64,000 nt of DNA from Paragordius varius (Eukaryota; Animalia; Nematomorpha): contig OZ176051.1 in NCBI GenBank assembly GCA_964247055.1, positions 5,456,001 through 5,520,000 of the forward strand. The letters are read 5' to 3'. Shown in pieces: positions 22,630 through 36,272 of this stretch. Below the pieces are notes generated by a model, which was not told the DNA's origin, ran no database searches, and saw only the letters and a list, made by a program, of their open reading frames with translations. A program made the position numbers and the translations under genes. Each line of letters starts with the position of its first letter. Position 1 is the first letter of the stretch.

Positions 22630-23651
22630 AACTTCTTTTTTTCCTCATTTTGGAAAGGAACAGTTATAAATAATTTGGGATCCACTTGGTGATGATAGAT
22701 ATCTTTTGGTTTTAATAAAAATTCCGGGGGTATTTGACACTTGGACTATAATTTTTTGTTTCTACATATCTGTCCGAGCTGATGAATTGATGTGTTGGAA
22801 TTTTTTTGATCTGATCTAAATAGCATAATTTAGGCCTTACATTTAGAGCTTCTTTTACTGGGCCTAACATGCTTGTCATTTTCTAACTTATATGTATTCA
22901 ATACATGATAACTTTGGGCTTAATTTACTCTAGTGCTTATTTTTTTTTTAAATTAATGTTCTTACTGTCTACCTAGCACACGTACCTATATTCCATAATT
23001 CAAATAACTAAATCTATCCCAATCAGTTTTCTAAGGATGCGCGACTCACAATCGAATGCATTATTGGTAAAAATATTGCTTCTATGATTCGTTCAAATTG
23101 CAATTCGTTTAAAAATATAAAAAAATGGCAAGCCACAGAAAAAATGTGGGGACAGCGCGTTACCTTTTCCTAGGGAAATAAAATGAAAATATTTGTATAA
23201 AACTTTAACATCCGATTTTATGTAAATATTTATATTTTCACATCTTTTTATTTATTATCTTTGGGAAAAAAACTTATAGTACTTTTAATTATTATTATTA
23301 TGAATATTATCACACTTTATCGATCAATATAATATAAAATAAGAATTGGCCATTTTCTGCTCTCAAAGATTATGAGAGTGGCATAAGGTCAGATCATTGA
23401 TCTTTTCTCCAAAATTTTATTATGTCATATAATTATAATTATATCCATAAAAACATTTATGATATACCACAGAAAAAAATACTGCGACATCAGCCGATCG
23501 AATTTTAATTTGCTAGCCAGCCATTTTTGTTTTTCAAAAAAAATTATTGGAAATAAAGATATCTTTATAATAAAATTTTAATTATAATATATATAAATAT
23601 ACCACAAATAAAAATTGGATTTATTTTCAATGGATGGATATTCCAAAAGAG
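22630..23651 (+). pseudogene. Unit-1 decayed exon cluster (FN3-like exon, linker exon, hydrophobic/terminal exon); homologues at ~34324-35355, ~46895-47912, ~60178-61220
   Basis: Consensus across copies: ag|ELNVNNFYFPHFGKEQLQIIWDPLGDDRYLLVLIQIPG..NLGLTFRASFTGPNM..|gt; short T-rich introns; next exon stop-free in copy 4 (60592-60745). Every copy has stops, frameshifts or lost splice sites. Confidence 0.5.
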
Positions 23652-23892
23652 GTATGTATCCAAAAATGGAAGTCTTCTAAAAATTATAATTATGCTTTAG
23701 AATGAAACAAACTTTGAACATTTATAAATTTAACTTATACAATAATATTAATTTATAATCAAAATTTCTTTTCAAATTATATTTTTAGTTAAGAAAATTA
23801 ATAATACCAATGCTATAATGTAATTAACTTTACGCAATCCATAAAATCTCTAATTTTTCTTATAATCTTTTAATAATTTTTTATTTTTATCC

Positions 23893-23976
<84 letters not shown>

Positions 23977-23986
23977 CATATATATA
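23893..23986. repeat. (TA)n microsatellite (length varies between units)
   Basis: Direct reading; much shorter at the homologous sites near 35620, 48170 and 61470. Confidence 0.95.
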
Positions 23987-24130
23987 TCAAAAAATCTAAT
24001 TGATTTTTTCTTTAAAAAAAATATTTCCAATAATAATAATTATTATTGATAATCGGCATTATAAAAAAAACTATACCACCTATGTTATATTTATAATATT
24101 TTAAAAAAGATAAATATTACGCTGGTTTAG

Positions 24131-24418
24131 GCTATGAATGATTTAACTTTGCAAAAAACTTCTGGTCGGAGTTCAGACATTTATTTTGGCTTTTTCATAA
24201 ATACTCCACTATATATATATATCTCCCTTATCCTTATTAATTTTCAAAATTCAACAAAAACTTTAAACTGTATATCCACAATTCATAAGTCACACACAGT
24301 ATACGATAACTAATAAAATTAGGCTAGTATTCATAGCTATGCAAACCTGACTTGGACAGTTTTTGTTTTCTGTTTGAAATTATAAAACACAAGAAGAGAC
24401 ACGAAAATGATTGATTAT
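24131..24418 (+). pseudogene. Exon-like segment with weak CUB-like C-terminal pattern; homologues at ~35781, ~48358, ~61658
   Basis: ttag| .. |gtatgt boundaries. A consensus-open frame ..LQKTSGRSSDIYFGFF..LQIYLPYP..TLNCISTIHKSHTIYTITNKIRLVFIT.. contains the provided ORFs 48364-48606 and 61675-61941. Each copy is disabled differently. Confidence 0.35.
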
Positions 24419-24610
24419 GTATGTATGTTTACATAAGTTAAAACTGAAACGACAAACTACAAACTAATTATTTCATAACAAAAATGTAACTAAGTTAACG
24501 TGGATAATAAATGTGTGTAGCTAAAGGCTAAAACACATTGGTCTAATATAACTGAATGTGCATTGATATAGCCAAAAAAATCTTGATTGATATAAATTTA
24601 ATTTATATAC

Positions 24611-24644
<34 letters not shown>

Positions 24645-27238
24645 TTACATGGTATGAAACCATTCCCATGCAATTAGTTAGAGCGAAGCTGTAATTTATT
24701 CCATAAATTTAAACTGGAAAGTGTCCTCGTCTCTTATTTTTTTACTATTCGCCAAATAACTAGGTATCAATAATTTGTATCTAAAATAAAATTCCATTTT
24801 TGTAAATTTTTATTTTTTATTTTAAATTTTTTAAAAGGATAAAAAATCTGTTTTAAGAGGTAGAAGAGATTTAAATAAATTAAAGATCTATCTATGCATG
24901 CCTAACTATATGTGTGTTTATCCGTGTGATTTATAATGATTAAAATGTGTGTAAATTTGCAATTTTTTCGATAATTTTTTTGACACAATGTTTTCGACAT
25001 ATTAAATTATATGATATTTATTTTAGTTTAAAATTTTTTTTTAACTGGGATTATTGAAACGTATAAATTATGGTTTAATTAATTAAATATGCTAAAAAAA
25101 CTCCTTGAAGCAAAATAATTTTTGAAACGGTTCTTTACGCTAAAATTGTTAAAATAATTTTTATTATCTATCTTTTGTAAGGATATGTATTCGAAATTAG
25201 AATTCTGTAAACCAAGCAATTTTTGGCTCCGTTTCCAAGTCAATTTTCCAGTTTTTTTTGTAGTTATTTTTTTAAAAAAATCGTGGTTTGCAAAAAAATT
25301 GTTTCAAATTGCTTTACCAGTGCAGTTGCGAAAAACATGGTATACCAGCCCACAAAAAATATCTAAAATAATAAAATAGAAAGGATATTAAAACCTGGCC
25401 ATAAAAATCAAAATAAAACAGGTAATAATCCGTATATAAAAAAAAAATCTTGTGCTTCGAATATTTCTTAAACTACTCTCACAAAATAAACCATCTTCCA
25501 TCAACCATTAGTTTAGTACATTAATTTTATAAGCTTTTTGACCTTGGGGTTAAGTAGGGGTAAGGTAAAATCTAATTTTTATATTTTAGTATAAAAATAT
25601 ATTGTTGTACATTAATGAGGGACAAAATTTGTCCTCCAAAAAATGATAATTGGGTTATGGCTTTAACAATAACCGGTTTTTGTTGGGTTTTTTTTTCGTT
25701 TGTCCCTAAATAAATATTTGCATATGTTACATAATATAATAAGAATTAATTTATTGTATATGATAATAAATTGTATTTAGCCAAGTTAAATAATTTATTT
25801 TCTTTGAAACAATTCTTCTATCCAATATCAGGTAACATATATATTTGATTATTTAAAATATAATTTAATTTTCGCATTGATAGGTTTACATGTAATTTTA
25901 AGTCATGACATATAAACTTAATTCAGACTAATCGTTTAAAATGGTAAAAATCAAGTTTAATTTTTAAATAATTTAAAGTCCTTTGGGATAAATTAATGTT
26001 TATTCATTATTTTAAAAAAATATTAAATTGTATATATATATATATATATATACATATATTTTTAATCCAGTATGGTATAATTTATAAATATTATACAATA
26101 TATTTTTTTAAATTTAAAAAATAAGCTTGAATTCATCATAAGCTACATTCTTTCCAAAAAAAAGGATCATCAAACTGTTAAATAATTAATAAGTATAAAA
26201 TTAATGCCTGGGAAAATAAAATATTTTTTTATTAATATCGTCTTATTTGATGGATTAAATTTTTGGTATATATATATATTATTCTTGGAAAATTTTGACA
26301 TTATCCAGGTCAAATGAAATTCATATTATAATATCCAATTTTAGTTAGCTAGTATGGATTGTTGGTTATTTTTTCATACTAAATTTTAAAGTTGTCAACG
26401 CAATTTATTTAATTTAAAATTTATCCAACAAGCAATTAAGAATTTTTAGTGAAAATGTCATTGTTTTGATTCATAATTATGATAATATTAGCTATTACTT
26501 ATCAACAAGGTGCATATTGCTTGAATCTTAAACTCTAGAATTTTTTTTGAAAACGGATTAGTTAATTGTATTTATAAGATCTATAAAAAAATTTAAATTA
26601 TTTTTCAATCGGATGACCGCTTCACGTAGCGAAAAAAATACACAATACAATATAAACCAAAAATCAATACTAAAATGAATTATTTGAATGTGTCACCTGT
26701 TATTTTATTATAAAAAATGTTAAATTTATAATGCCGCAAAATATAATATTGATAATAATGATTTTTTTTTCGAACATCTAATATATATATATATATATAT
26801 ATATAAATCAAATTTGTCGTATTTTTATCTTTGATTTTGACATTAAAAGTTGTGTTGTTTTTTGCAATTTTTTTCTTTTGAGCAGTGGAGGACTTAACAG
26901 TTTATTTTATCGCGCTATTTTTAGTATATGTAATTTATGAGATAATGATAGATTGTCATACATAGATAATCTGATTTATTTACAATGTAAAAATACTTAT
27001 TTTTTATTACGCACCATTCAAGGTTAATGATTAGTGTCAAAAAGCTATTTGGTTTTTTTTCATAAAACGGATTGGGACTTAAATTCATGCTTAAATATAA
27101 TTTTTAGTTATAGTATTACAATTTATTGCGTCTTGACGCTCTGAAATTCCGTATAGAATTATTAATGGGTACGTTTTTTCGTTATTTTTATTACAGTATT
27201 TAACGTATTCACATTATTATGAACCAATTTGTAATACA

Positions 27239-27352
27239 CAGTAGTATATGGGTAAAAACAACAAACTGTTTAAATTAAACAAATTCTCCCTATCTTACAA
27301 CATTTTGTTCATTTAATTATGGACAAGATCTGTTTTATAACACACGCTACTG
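27239..27352. mobile_element. Degenerate CAGTAG-family MITE present in all full units (also ~39542-39660, ~51511-51627)
   Basis: CAGTAGTATATGGGTAAAAACA / TGTTTTATAACACACGCTACTG inverted ends, flanked by the inverted pair CAATTTGTAATA / TATTACAAATTG. Confidence 0.7.
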
Positions 27353-30300
27353 TATTACAAATTGAACAACAATAATGTAAATATAGCATCAATGTTTTTA
27401 AAATTTGGATACGATATTATACTATGCGGCATATTATTATTCATATATTTTAATCCTTTCATTATTTATTTATGGAGCAAATTGAATTGATAATTAAAAT
27501 GAAGAACTGCCGTCTACATAATATGGTAATGAATTGATTATTTGATTGAACTTAATTTTAAATTTTTGACACTCGATTTTAAATTCTTTGACATTGTCAT
27601 CCAATTTTTCAAAATTGATATGTTTTTTTAAATTACTTTTAAATTAATCATATTTTTCACCAGGTTGAAAAATTATTAAATTATATTGGTTTTAGTTTTT
27701 GCAAAACTATGAGTCTTTTATAAAAATATTTAACCATATTATATATAGTGCGTAATTATATTACAACAGTTAAATACAAAATAAATTCCCCTGTGTATTG
27801 ATTATATATATATATATATATAGAGAGAGAATATTGTTCTTTGATCAAATTTATGTCGACTGACTTGAAATTTTTGTAACGAGCGTAAGGTTAAAATTTC
27901 GAAAATATTTTTCATTTTGGCGCAATATAAACTATTTTTAAACATTTTCATTTGGTTAAATATCATTATATGTTTTCATTTACATATTTTACATACAAAA
28001 AACAAAAAAACAAAATAATGACTCTTTATAAATATTAATTTTTTTCTAGTACAAAAATTTTCAAATTTTTTTAAAAGAAATTAAACTTTTAAACTACGCA
28101 AAAGTTAGCATATAAAACTAAACGAAATAAATAAGTAGGGGATTAAGTCGCTCGCTAGGCTTGAATTAAATATTAGCCATGAAAAAAAGCTCTCATTTGT
28201 CATAATAATAGTTTTCTCTTCCAGTTAAATAATTTTAATTAGGTTTTTTTATCTCTTGCAAAATAAAATATTTGATGGTTTTTATAGAGAGTTACTCTTT
28301 CATTGACATAGAATTTAAATGAGCTAGCCACCTTTATTTTATATAAAAAAATGAAATTAGGTGGCTAATTAAAGATAATTAAATTAAAAATTTATAAATT
28401 GAAATGGCATTTGTATACTAAGCCAAATTACTAGAGAAAAAAGCAATTTTTACGTAATTCATCATATATACATCGAAAGTATTCCAATTTTTTTTTTAAA
28501 ATGCTTAAAAACAAATCGGGTCATAACAAAACGACATTTGTAATTAATGACGGCGTAATTCAAATAAGTTAATCCATCTTTTAATATAATTATTTAATAT
28601 GGCAACTCTAAATTGCAAATTAGCCTAAAAAATTTAGTCATCTAAAAAAAGTTTTAAAAGTAATTGATATTTTAATAATTTGACAATAACCTTCTCTAAT
28701 AACAATAAATGGCAATTAAACAGTAATTAATTTAACTACATCACGTTAAAATCCAAAAAAACGCTTAAATAACATATTTCTTAAAAATTTATATTAATAT
28801 GTGAAATTTGTTATAATTTACAGATTTTTATCCTTATAAAATTATTTCATTTTTGAAACTTTCTTTAGAAAAAAACTTGGAGTAATTTTTATGCCACAAT
28901 CCAAAATTACAGTTGTGAGTTCTCTATTTAGATCAAAATCCAATTTTAACATACAGCTGATTTTGGAGTCAAAATCACTGTTAAAATATTCGGCATAATT
29001 TTATTTTTTAACCATAAATTTATATTTCCTTCATTTAGCTATTTAATTCGAAATGGCGCTCAATTAAAATATTATAAAAAATATTTAGTATATTACGCCT
29101 AGCCTTAGACTATGTTATATGTTAGCCAAATATAATAGATGTGTTTTTAAGTTATTTAGTTGTCGCAAAAGTATAAAAGCTTTCACATTAAAAATAGAGT
29201 TTGTTTCTTATTTACAAATATGTTTCCTCATCCAGAAAAATTGCAACAAAAGAAATGATATTTTCATAGTCAAATTTATTCTTTTACAAAAATATCAAAC
29301 TAACTATATAGCTGAAATTTAAGACTTTTAGCCACCGTAATTAAATTTTTGATACATTTTTTATGTAAAACTGACTGGGGTAAATAATGGGTAATGGTTT
29401 TCTAATTGATATAATGTAACATCCCACTTTTTATCCAAAAGCTAAATTTTCTATAATAATTTAAGAGGCAAAAAATTTATAAATCCAAATATTCAACTCA
29501 TATGTTCAGTATGATTTATCATCATATTTCTCAATGAATATTGTTATCTGCTTTTGTAATAAATGTATATGAGTAATCGTGAAGCTTATAATCAGTTTTC
29601 TTAAAATTATTTCATATGTTCTGAACTACAGAAACCCCTATGAGTTCCAAAATCTCAAGTTACAAACTCAATTTATAAGTATTTAGAAGTTACCCTCAGC
29701 AGGTACCTATTCCATATTTTCTGGTTTTTTGGCACCTAGTATTTAATCACAAAGTTGTTCTAGAAAATAAAATAAACTTTGTCTATTTAAATTATAACTA
29801 ACAATACCTATCGACCCATTTTGAGTTGCATTTTTTCAATTAACGGAAAAATGAGGAAATATTTTTACCTTAAAAACATATTGTATTTTGACTGCTCTAT
29901 TTTCTACCACTAATTGATTTTAATCCATGTTATAAAATCTTATGCTGACTGCATCAAATTAAACAATTTAATTCTTTCTGCATACGATTCCAATTTAATT
30001 ATTGCTCGATATATTTCTATTTAGTGAAATGTTTAAAAGTTTTTTATCATATAAAAATAAAGCGGCAAATAGGATCAATCATCGTTACTTATTCTTTTTT
30101 CTCGATGGATAATACAAAGACCTATATTTTACATAAATGCAAAAATCGCTTTGAAGTTTTGACATTAATGGAATGTAAATATATATCTTGATTGGTAGGT
30201 AACAAGAAAGTTATTATTATCTAATTTATTAAATAGTGTTATTCAATTTGGACGCATTATGTTTCAATCAACATTTATTGTTTTAAATAATTTGATCGGT

Positions 30301-32180
30301 TATTTGATTGAATCGGTTGAAAATCAATATTTCCTTTTTTTATATTTGAAAGATATTAATCTTTTTACAATCATAAACATCGCGAAAAAACCGCTGTTTA
30401 TTTGATTAATAGATTTTAATCCGGATAATTTAAAAAGGTAAAATTATTTATATATAATCCAAGATGGGTATATAATTATTTTTTTAGAATTTCCGTTAAT
30501 TTTATATAAAGTTTCACTTAGAACCCTAAGAAAATTCTAAAATCTGATATAATTTTAATAAGATATCTTTTAGCCCTATTATCGAAAGATAAGCCACTCA
30601 ATAAAATGTTTCGGAATTAATTTTATTCATCGGTAATAAATGTTTTATCATATTTTATAGTTTGCCCCTCTGTAATATTCTTATAAGCCTTTTAGCTGTT
30701 GCCACATGATATGGTATCACTTTGTTAGCTAAATTTAGCCATCTATTTAAAGGACTGTTTTTTATAATATTTGCGTACATTGTCTCAATTTTGATATCTT
30801 TTAGACGCTTTAAATATGCGGACAATTATTTTTATCGACTTTTAATTCTTAATTAAATTCGTCAATTAGAAATCATTGTGTTTCAATTCCTAAAAAATAT
30901 GAATAACCTAAGGTTTTATATTATAAGGCAAAAATGGTTATAACTTTGGAGGGGATTGGCTAAAAACAATGTAAACTTAATTAAGTTTAAGACCCAATGA
31001 TCTAAACAAAATATAAAAATTTTACCTATTAGTCTTAAACGTAATTCTAACTTCTATAAAATCATAAAAGATTATAAAATGTTTGCCATATTTTATAATA
31101 AAGGAAAATAAAATTATAGGTATAAAAAAACTCATTATAATTACAATCTTGATTCGCATGTCCTGTCTAATTGTCCTTGCAAAACAGTTTTAGTATTTTC
31201 TCAGCTGCTTTTTTAATTATATTTTATGTGATCACATTCGTTAATTTATTCATTTTTTCTGAGTTAAAAAAATCACGGATGGAGTTTTTTCCATCAATCT
31301 ACTACCTTATATATATAGTTACTTTACTCCCTCAAATGATAGCGTTTAACAATCAATTTTTGGGAATGCCAGAATACTTATTTAATAGTTGTTTATGTCT
31401 GAAAACAACACTATAAAAGAGGTTTAGATGGTTTTATATCTGAATTTCAACATATAATACAGTAAGAGTGAATATACATTGCTTGTTTTTTCTTACCAAA
31501 TATTGCTAGATAGCATATGCAGCAAAGAGAATTTGGATGATAACAGTAAAAAGCGGAAAAAATAGTCAATAATACTGCCCTTTGCTGAATATGTTCTTTG
31601 CCAATATAATTAATGAAAAATTAGCACGGTATACTTACTCATACTGTATTAATAACTGTTATTCAAGTCTAAAAACATTATAAATCAGGATGATGTGGTG
31701 TTTTATATCTGAAATTTGATATAACCCACAAATTTAAATGTAAATTAATTTGGTTTTAGGCTATTTCAAATAGAATAATAGATTACATTTGCAATTACCC
31801 ACTGTAAAAACATATATACAACAAACTACTATTAATCAATAATAAATTTGTATGTGAAAGACTCGATCACAGTGTATATTAATTGCCATAATAAATCATA
31901 AAGATATATTTTTAGCATATCAATAATTGAAAAATCTTTTATGATTGCAATTATATATTTTGTTTTTATAATATTAATATTGGTAAAATAGGAAAAAAAA
32001 TGGATTTCCTGATAAAATAGTTGAATTGTTTTCAGTTAAATGTTAATTTGGGTTGTTTAACAAATTAACCAAACGAGAAATCAATTTTTCGGTAAAAGGG
32101 TAAACCCAACAATTTAAAGTTAAATGGCAAACATAGACAAGCCCTTTTTATTAACTCCTAAGTTATTCCCCACCCGCTGT

Positions 32181-33868
32181 ATATTTTTTTGCAAATTTAG
32201 TTGTTAAAAAGCCAGGTCAACTTCATTTAGTCCCCTTTCAAACTCAGGATGTTTTAGCCCCCAATATTTAAAATTAAGTTGAAATATTTCTAGAAAGGCA
32301 TTAGTTTTATAATACATTTTTCAAATACGTTTCTATTTTATATTTTAGTTGATATAATAATCGTAGAAAATGATGTTGAAATTTTCAAGATTATCTACAT
32401 TTCCTAGTGATTTTTTGGCATCTCATAATATTCCTTAATCTAAGTTATCACCATGAACGCACACCGTCTCATATATCAATATTAGAATCATCAAAATTAC
32501 CTGTGTTAATATCACTAAGAATGCTAATTTCAAACACCAACATTAATTTGTGATCTATACTATGATAATATATTCATATATAATAAATTTATCCATAATT
32601 AAAAATAATTTTCTTATTGATTGAAAAATATCGGTTGAGTATATTTTGAGTGATTTAATAGTAATAATCTTTTAAACCTATAAAATTTTTAATTTTAATA
32701 TAATTTTGCCATACAGCGATGTTTTATGTGAATATAGATTATTTTTATTGGTGTATTTAAATTACATATAAAACCGAAAAACATTGACTTATAACAAAAA
32801 AAGGAAAATTTTGATAATTAACAATGCAATACCAAAAAAATAATAAAAACTCACCCAAATATTTTCTGTTTTGATAATTATAACAAAAATATTTTAAAAT
32901 TATTTTTAATTAATGCATTACAGAAAAACCAAAAAATTTTAAATCTAAATGATTTTATCTGTTTTTTTAAGTATGTAAAAATAAAATTATTTATAATTAC
33001 CAAAGTTAAATAAAAAACTAAAAAAATTAAATTTGAATTTATTAAAAACCGAATTTTTACCTGTAATTATAATGTCCAAATAGTACATAATTACAATTAA
33101 CAATGCAAAACCAAAAAAATTAAATTTTTTAAATTTATTAAAAACCGAATTTTTACCTGTAATAAATAAAATTTACAAAAATGTAGAATTAGTTACAATT
33201 ATCAATGCAAAACCAAAAAAAAAATTTAATTTTTACCAAATTTATTAAAAACCGAAATTTTAAATATTAAAATGTAAGTATGTAGTAATTAATTACAATT
33301 AACAATGTTAAATAAAAAAAAAGAAATTTTATTTTTACTAAATTTATTAAAAACGCAATTTTTACCTGATTATAATTTAAAAATTATTTAACAATGCAAA
33401 ACATAAGAAAAAAATCTAAAATTAACTTATATTTTCACAAATATATATTTACCTGTGTTTTATAAGTAGTAATAACAACTTTATAAAATAAAAATACCAA
33501 TTTTGATTAATACAGGTTTTTATCATGTTGAAAATATTAATTATTAAATAAATAATTAGGAATAATTAACATAATAATCTTAAAATACCTATTTTACTAT
33601 TTATTAATTTATTAAAGATAAAACCCAATTTCCGCATCTAAATACGTAACAACAATATTTCAAATGTTAACATAAATTCCTATAATATTCTCAAAATTTA
33701 ACATTACAAAATACATCAAATTAAAGCCTATGTCAAATCTCACGTCAATCCTCTTTCATATGTGTACTACGAAATAATTTTGTGGGTCAGTATTTTACGC
33801 ATTTGATGAACCATTTATGTTATTTGACTGGCAATAATATTACTTAACATTCATTAAAATGCATACTG
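32181..33868. mobile_element. Solo right arm of the 9013-type foldback element ending each unit (also 44511-46441 and 56681-59736)
   Basis: Direct match to 10835-11400 and 12860-13500; distal part is the reverse complement of 9013-9300; ends ..GCATACTG|TA. Confidence 0.9.
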
Positions 33869-36234
33869 TATATCATTTAATAAAATTAAAACTTCATAAA
33901 AATTTAATCAAAGATAATGAATTATTTTTTTGAAAAGGGTTATGATGCGGATCATTAACCATGTAATTTATGTCCTTATGGGTAAATTAGGGTAGGTAGT
34001 TAACTACCCCTAACTTAAGTAAAATATATTTCATAAACTAGAGAATATTAAAATATAATTATAGTGAAAATCACTTATACCAAAATCATCAAATATGAAT
34101 TAATACTTATTATTTTATGGTTCCTATTAAAGATCTGCATGAGATTAATCATAAGTGTCAAATATTGTACTTGATAGAATATGGTAACTTTTAGCCAATA
34201 GTTATTCCTTCAAAAAGCAAAAAATATGATTAAAGGGTGTCTCAAGTTGGGCAACGTTCCTTAAAATTTTTCGCGCTCTATTATTTATTTGCATCTTTAT
34301 GTAATTAACAGTTTAAACATTAGAACTCAATGTGAATAATTTCTAATTTCCTCATTTTGGAAAGGAACAGCTACAAATAATTTGGGATCCACTTGATGAT
34401 GATAGATATCTTTTGGTTTTAATTCAAATTCCAGGGGCATTTAACTGGTTGGACTATAACGTTTTGTTTCTATATATCTGCCCAAGCTGATGAATTGCTT
34501 GCTGGAATTTTTTTGATCTGATCTAAATAGCATAATTTAGGCCTTACATTTAGAGCTTCTTTTACTGGGCCTAACATGCTTGTCATTTTCTAACTTATAT
34601 GTATTCAATACATGATAACTTTGGGCTTAATTTACTCTAGTGCTTATTATTTTTTTTAAATTAATGTTCTTACTGTCTACCTAGCACACGTACCTATATT
34701 CCATAATTCAAATAACTAAATCTATCCCAATCAGTTTTCTAAGGATGCGCGACTCACAATCGAATGCATTATTGGTAAAAATATTGCTTCTATGATTCGT
34801 TCAAATTGCAATTCGTTTAAAAATATAAAAAAATGGCAAGCCACAGAAAAAATGTGGGGACAGCGCGTTACCTTTTCCTAGGGAAATAAAATGAAAATAT
34901 TTGTATAAAACTTTAACATCCGATTTTATGTAAATATTTATATTTTCACATCTTTTTATTTATTATCTTTGGGAAAAAAACTTATAGTACTTTTAATTAT
35001 TATTATTATGAATATTATCACACTTTATCGATCAATATAATAAAAAATAAGAATTGGCCATTTTCTGCTCTCAAAGATTATGAGAGTGGCATAAGGTCAG
35101 ATCATTGATCTTTTATCCAAAATTATATTACGTTATATAATTATAATTATATCCATAAAAACATTTATGATATACCACAAAAAAAATTACTGCGACATCA
35201 GCCGATCGTATTTTGAATTTATAGCTAGCCATTTTTTTTAAAAAAAATTATTAGAAATAAAAATATCTTTATAATAAAATTATAATCATAATCTATATAA
35301 ATATACCACAAATAAAAATTGGATTCACTTATCAATGGATGGATATTCCAAAAGGGTATGCATCTATTAATGGTCGTCTTCTAATATTTATAATTATATT
35401 TTACTTAGATTGAAATAAACTTAGGACATTTAAAAACTTAATATCTTAGACAATAATATTAATTTATAATTAAAATTTCTTTCCAAAAAATTAAATTTTT
35501 AGTTAAAAAATAATTATTAATTATACCAATGCTATAAAGTAATTATCTTTACGCAATCTCTTTCATAAAATCCTCTAATTTTTTTATAATTTTTTAATAA
35601 TTTTTTATTTTTATCCTATATATATATATATATATATATATTTAAAAAAATCTATATTTATTTAAGGAAAATATATATTCTTATAATAATAATTTATTAT
35701 TATAAGAATCGGCATTATGTATAAAAACTATACCACCTATGTTATAAATAAAATAATCAAGTAAATATTACGCTGGTTTAAGCTATGAATGATTAAACTT
35801 TGCAAAAAACTTCTAGTCTGGTACTTTTATTTTGGCTTTTTCATAGGTCCTCTACTACACATATATCTCCCTTATCCTTTATTTAATTTTCAAAATTCAA
35901 CAAAAACTTTAAACTGTATATCCACATTTCATAAGTCACATACACTAATACGATAACTAATAAAATTAGGCTAGTATTCATAACCAAACAAACCTGACTT
36001 GGACACTTTTTTTTATGTTTTAAAATAAAACAAGAAGAGACACGAAAATGATTGATTATGTATGTTTATATTAGAAGACAAACTACAAACTAATTATTTC
36101 ATAACAAATGTAACTAAGTTAACGTGGAGAATAAATGTGTAGCTAAAGGCTAAAACACACATTGGTCTAATATAAATGAGTGTGCATTGATATATCCAAA
36201 AAAAATTTGATTGATATAAATTTAATATATATAC

Positions 36235-36272
<38 letters not shown>

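Noticed and set aside
22985-23175. Strong-looking minus-strand splice pair (TTTATTTCCCTAG / TATAG|GTACGT) with a CPPHFPCGSPFFCI LDLa-like hint in unit 4
   Set aside because: All three minus frames contain stops and the Cys pattern is not shared by other copies; the plus frame is open and shows synonymous changes.
22347-25610. Possible inverted repeats bracketing the exon cluster (22347-22380 versus 25578-25610)
   Set aside because: The match is almost all A/T and short; not distinguishable from chance by eye.
31171-31416. Hydrophobic ORF MSLQNSF.. in unit 1
   Set aside because: TTG start, frame broken by indels in units 2 and 3, composition typical of T-rich non-coding DNA.
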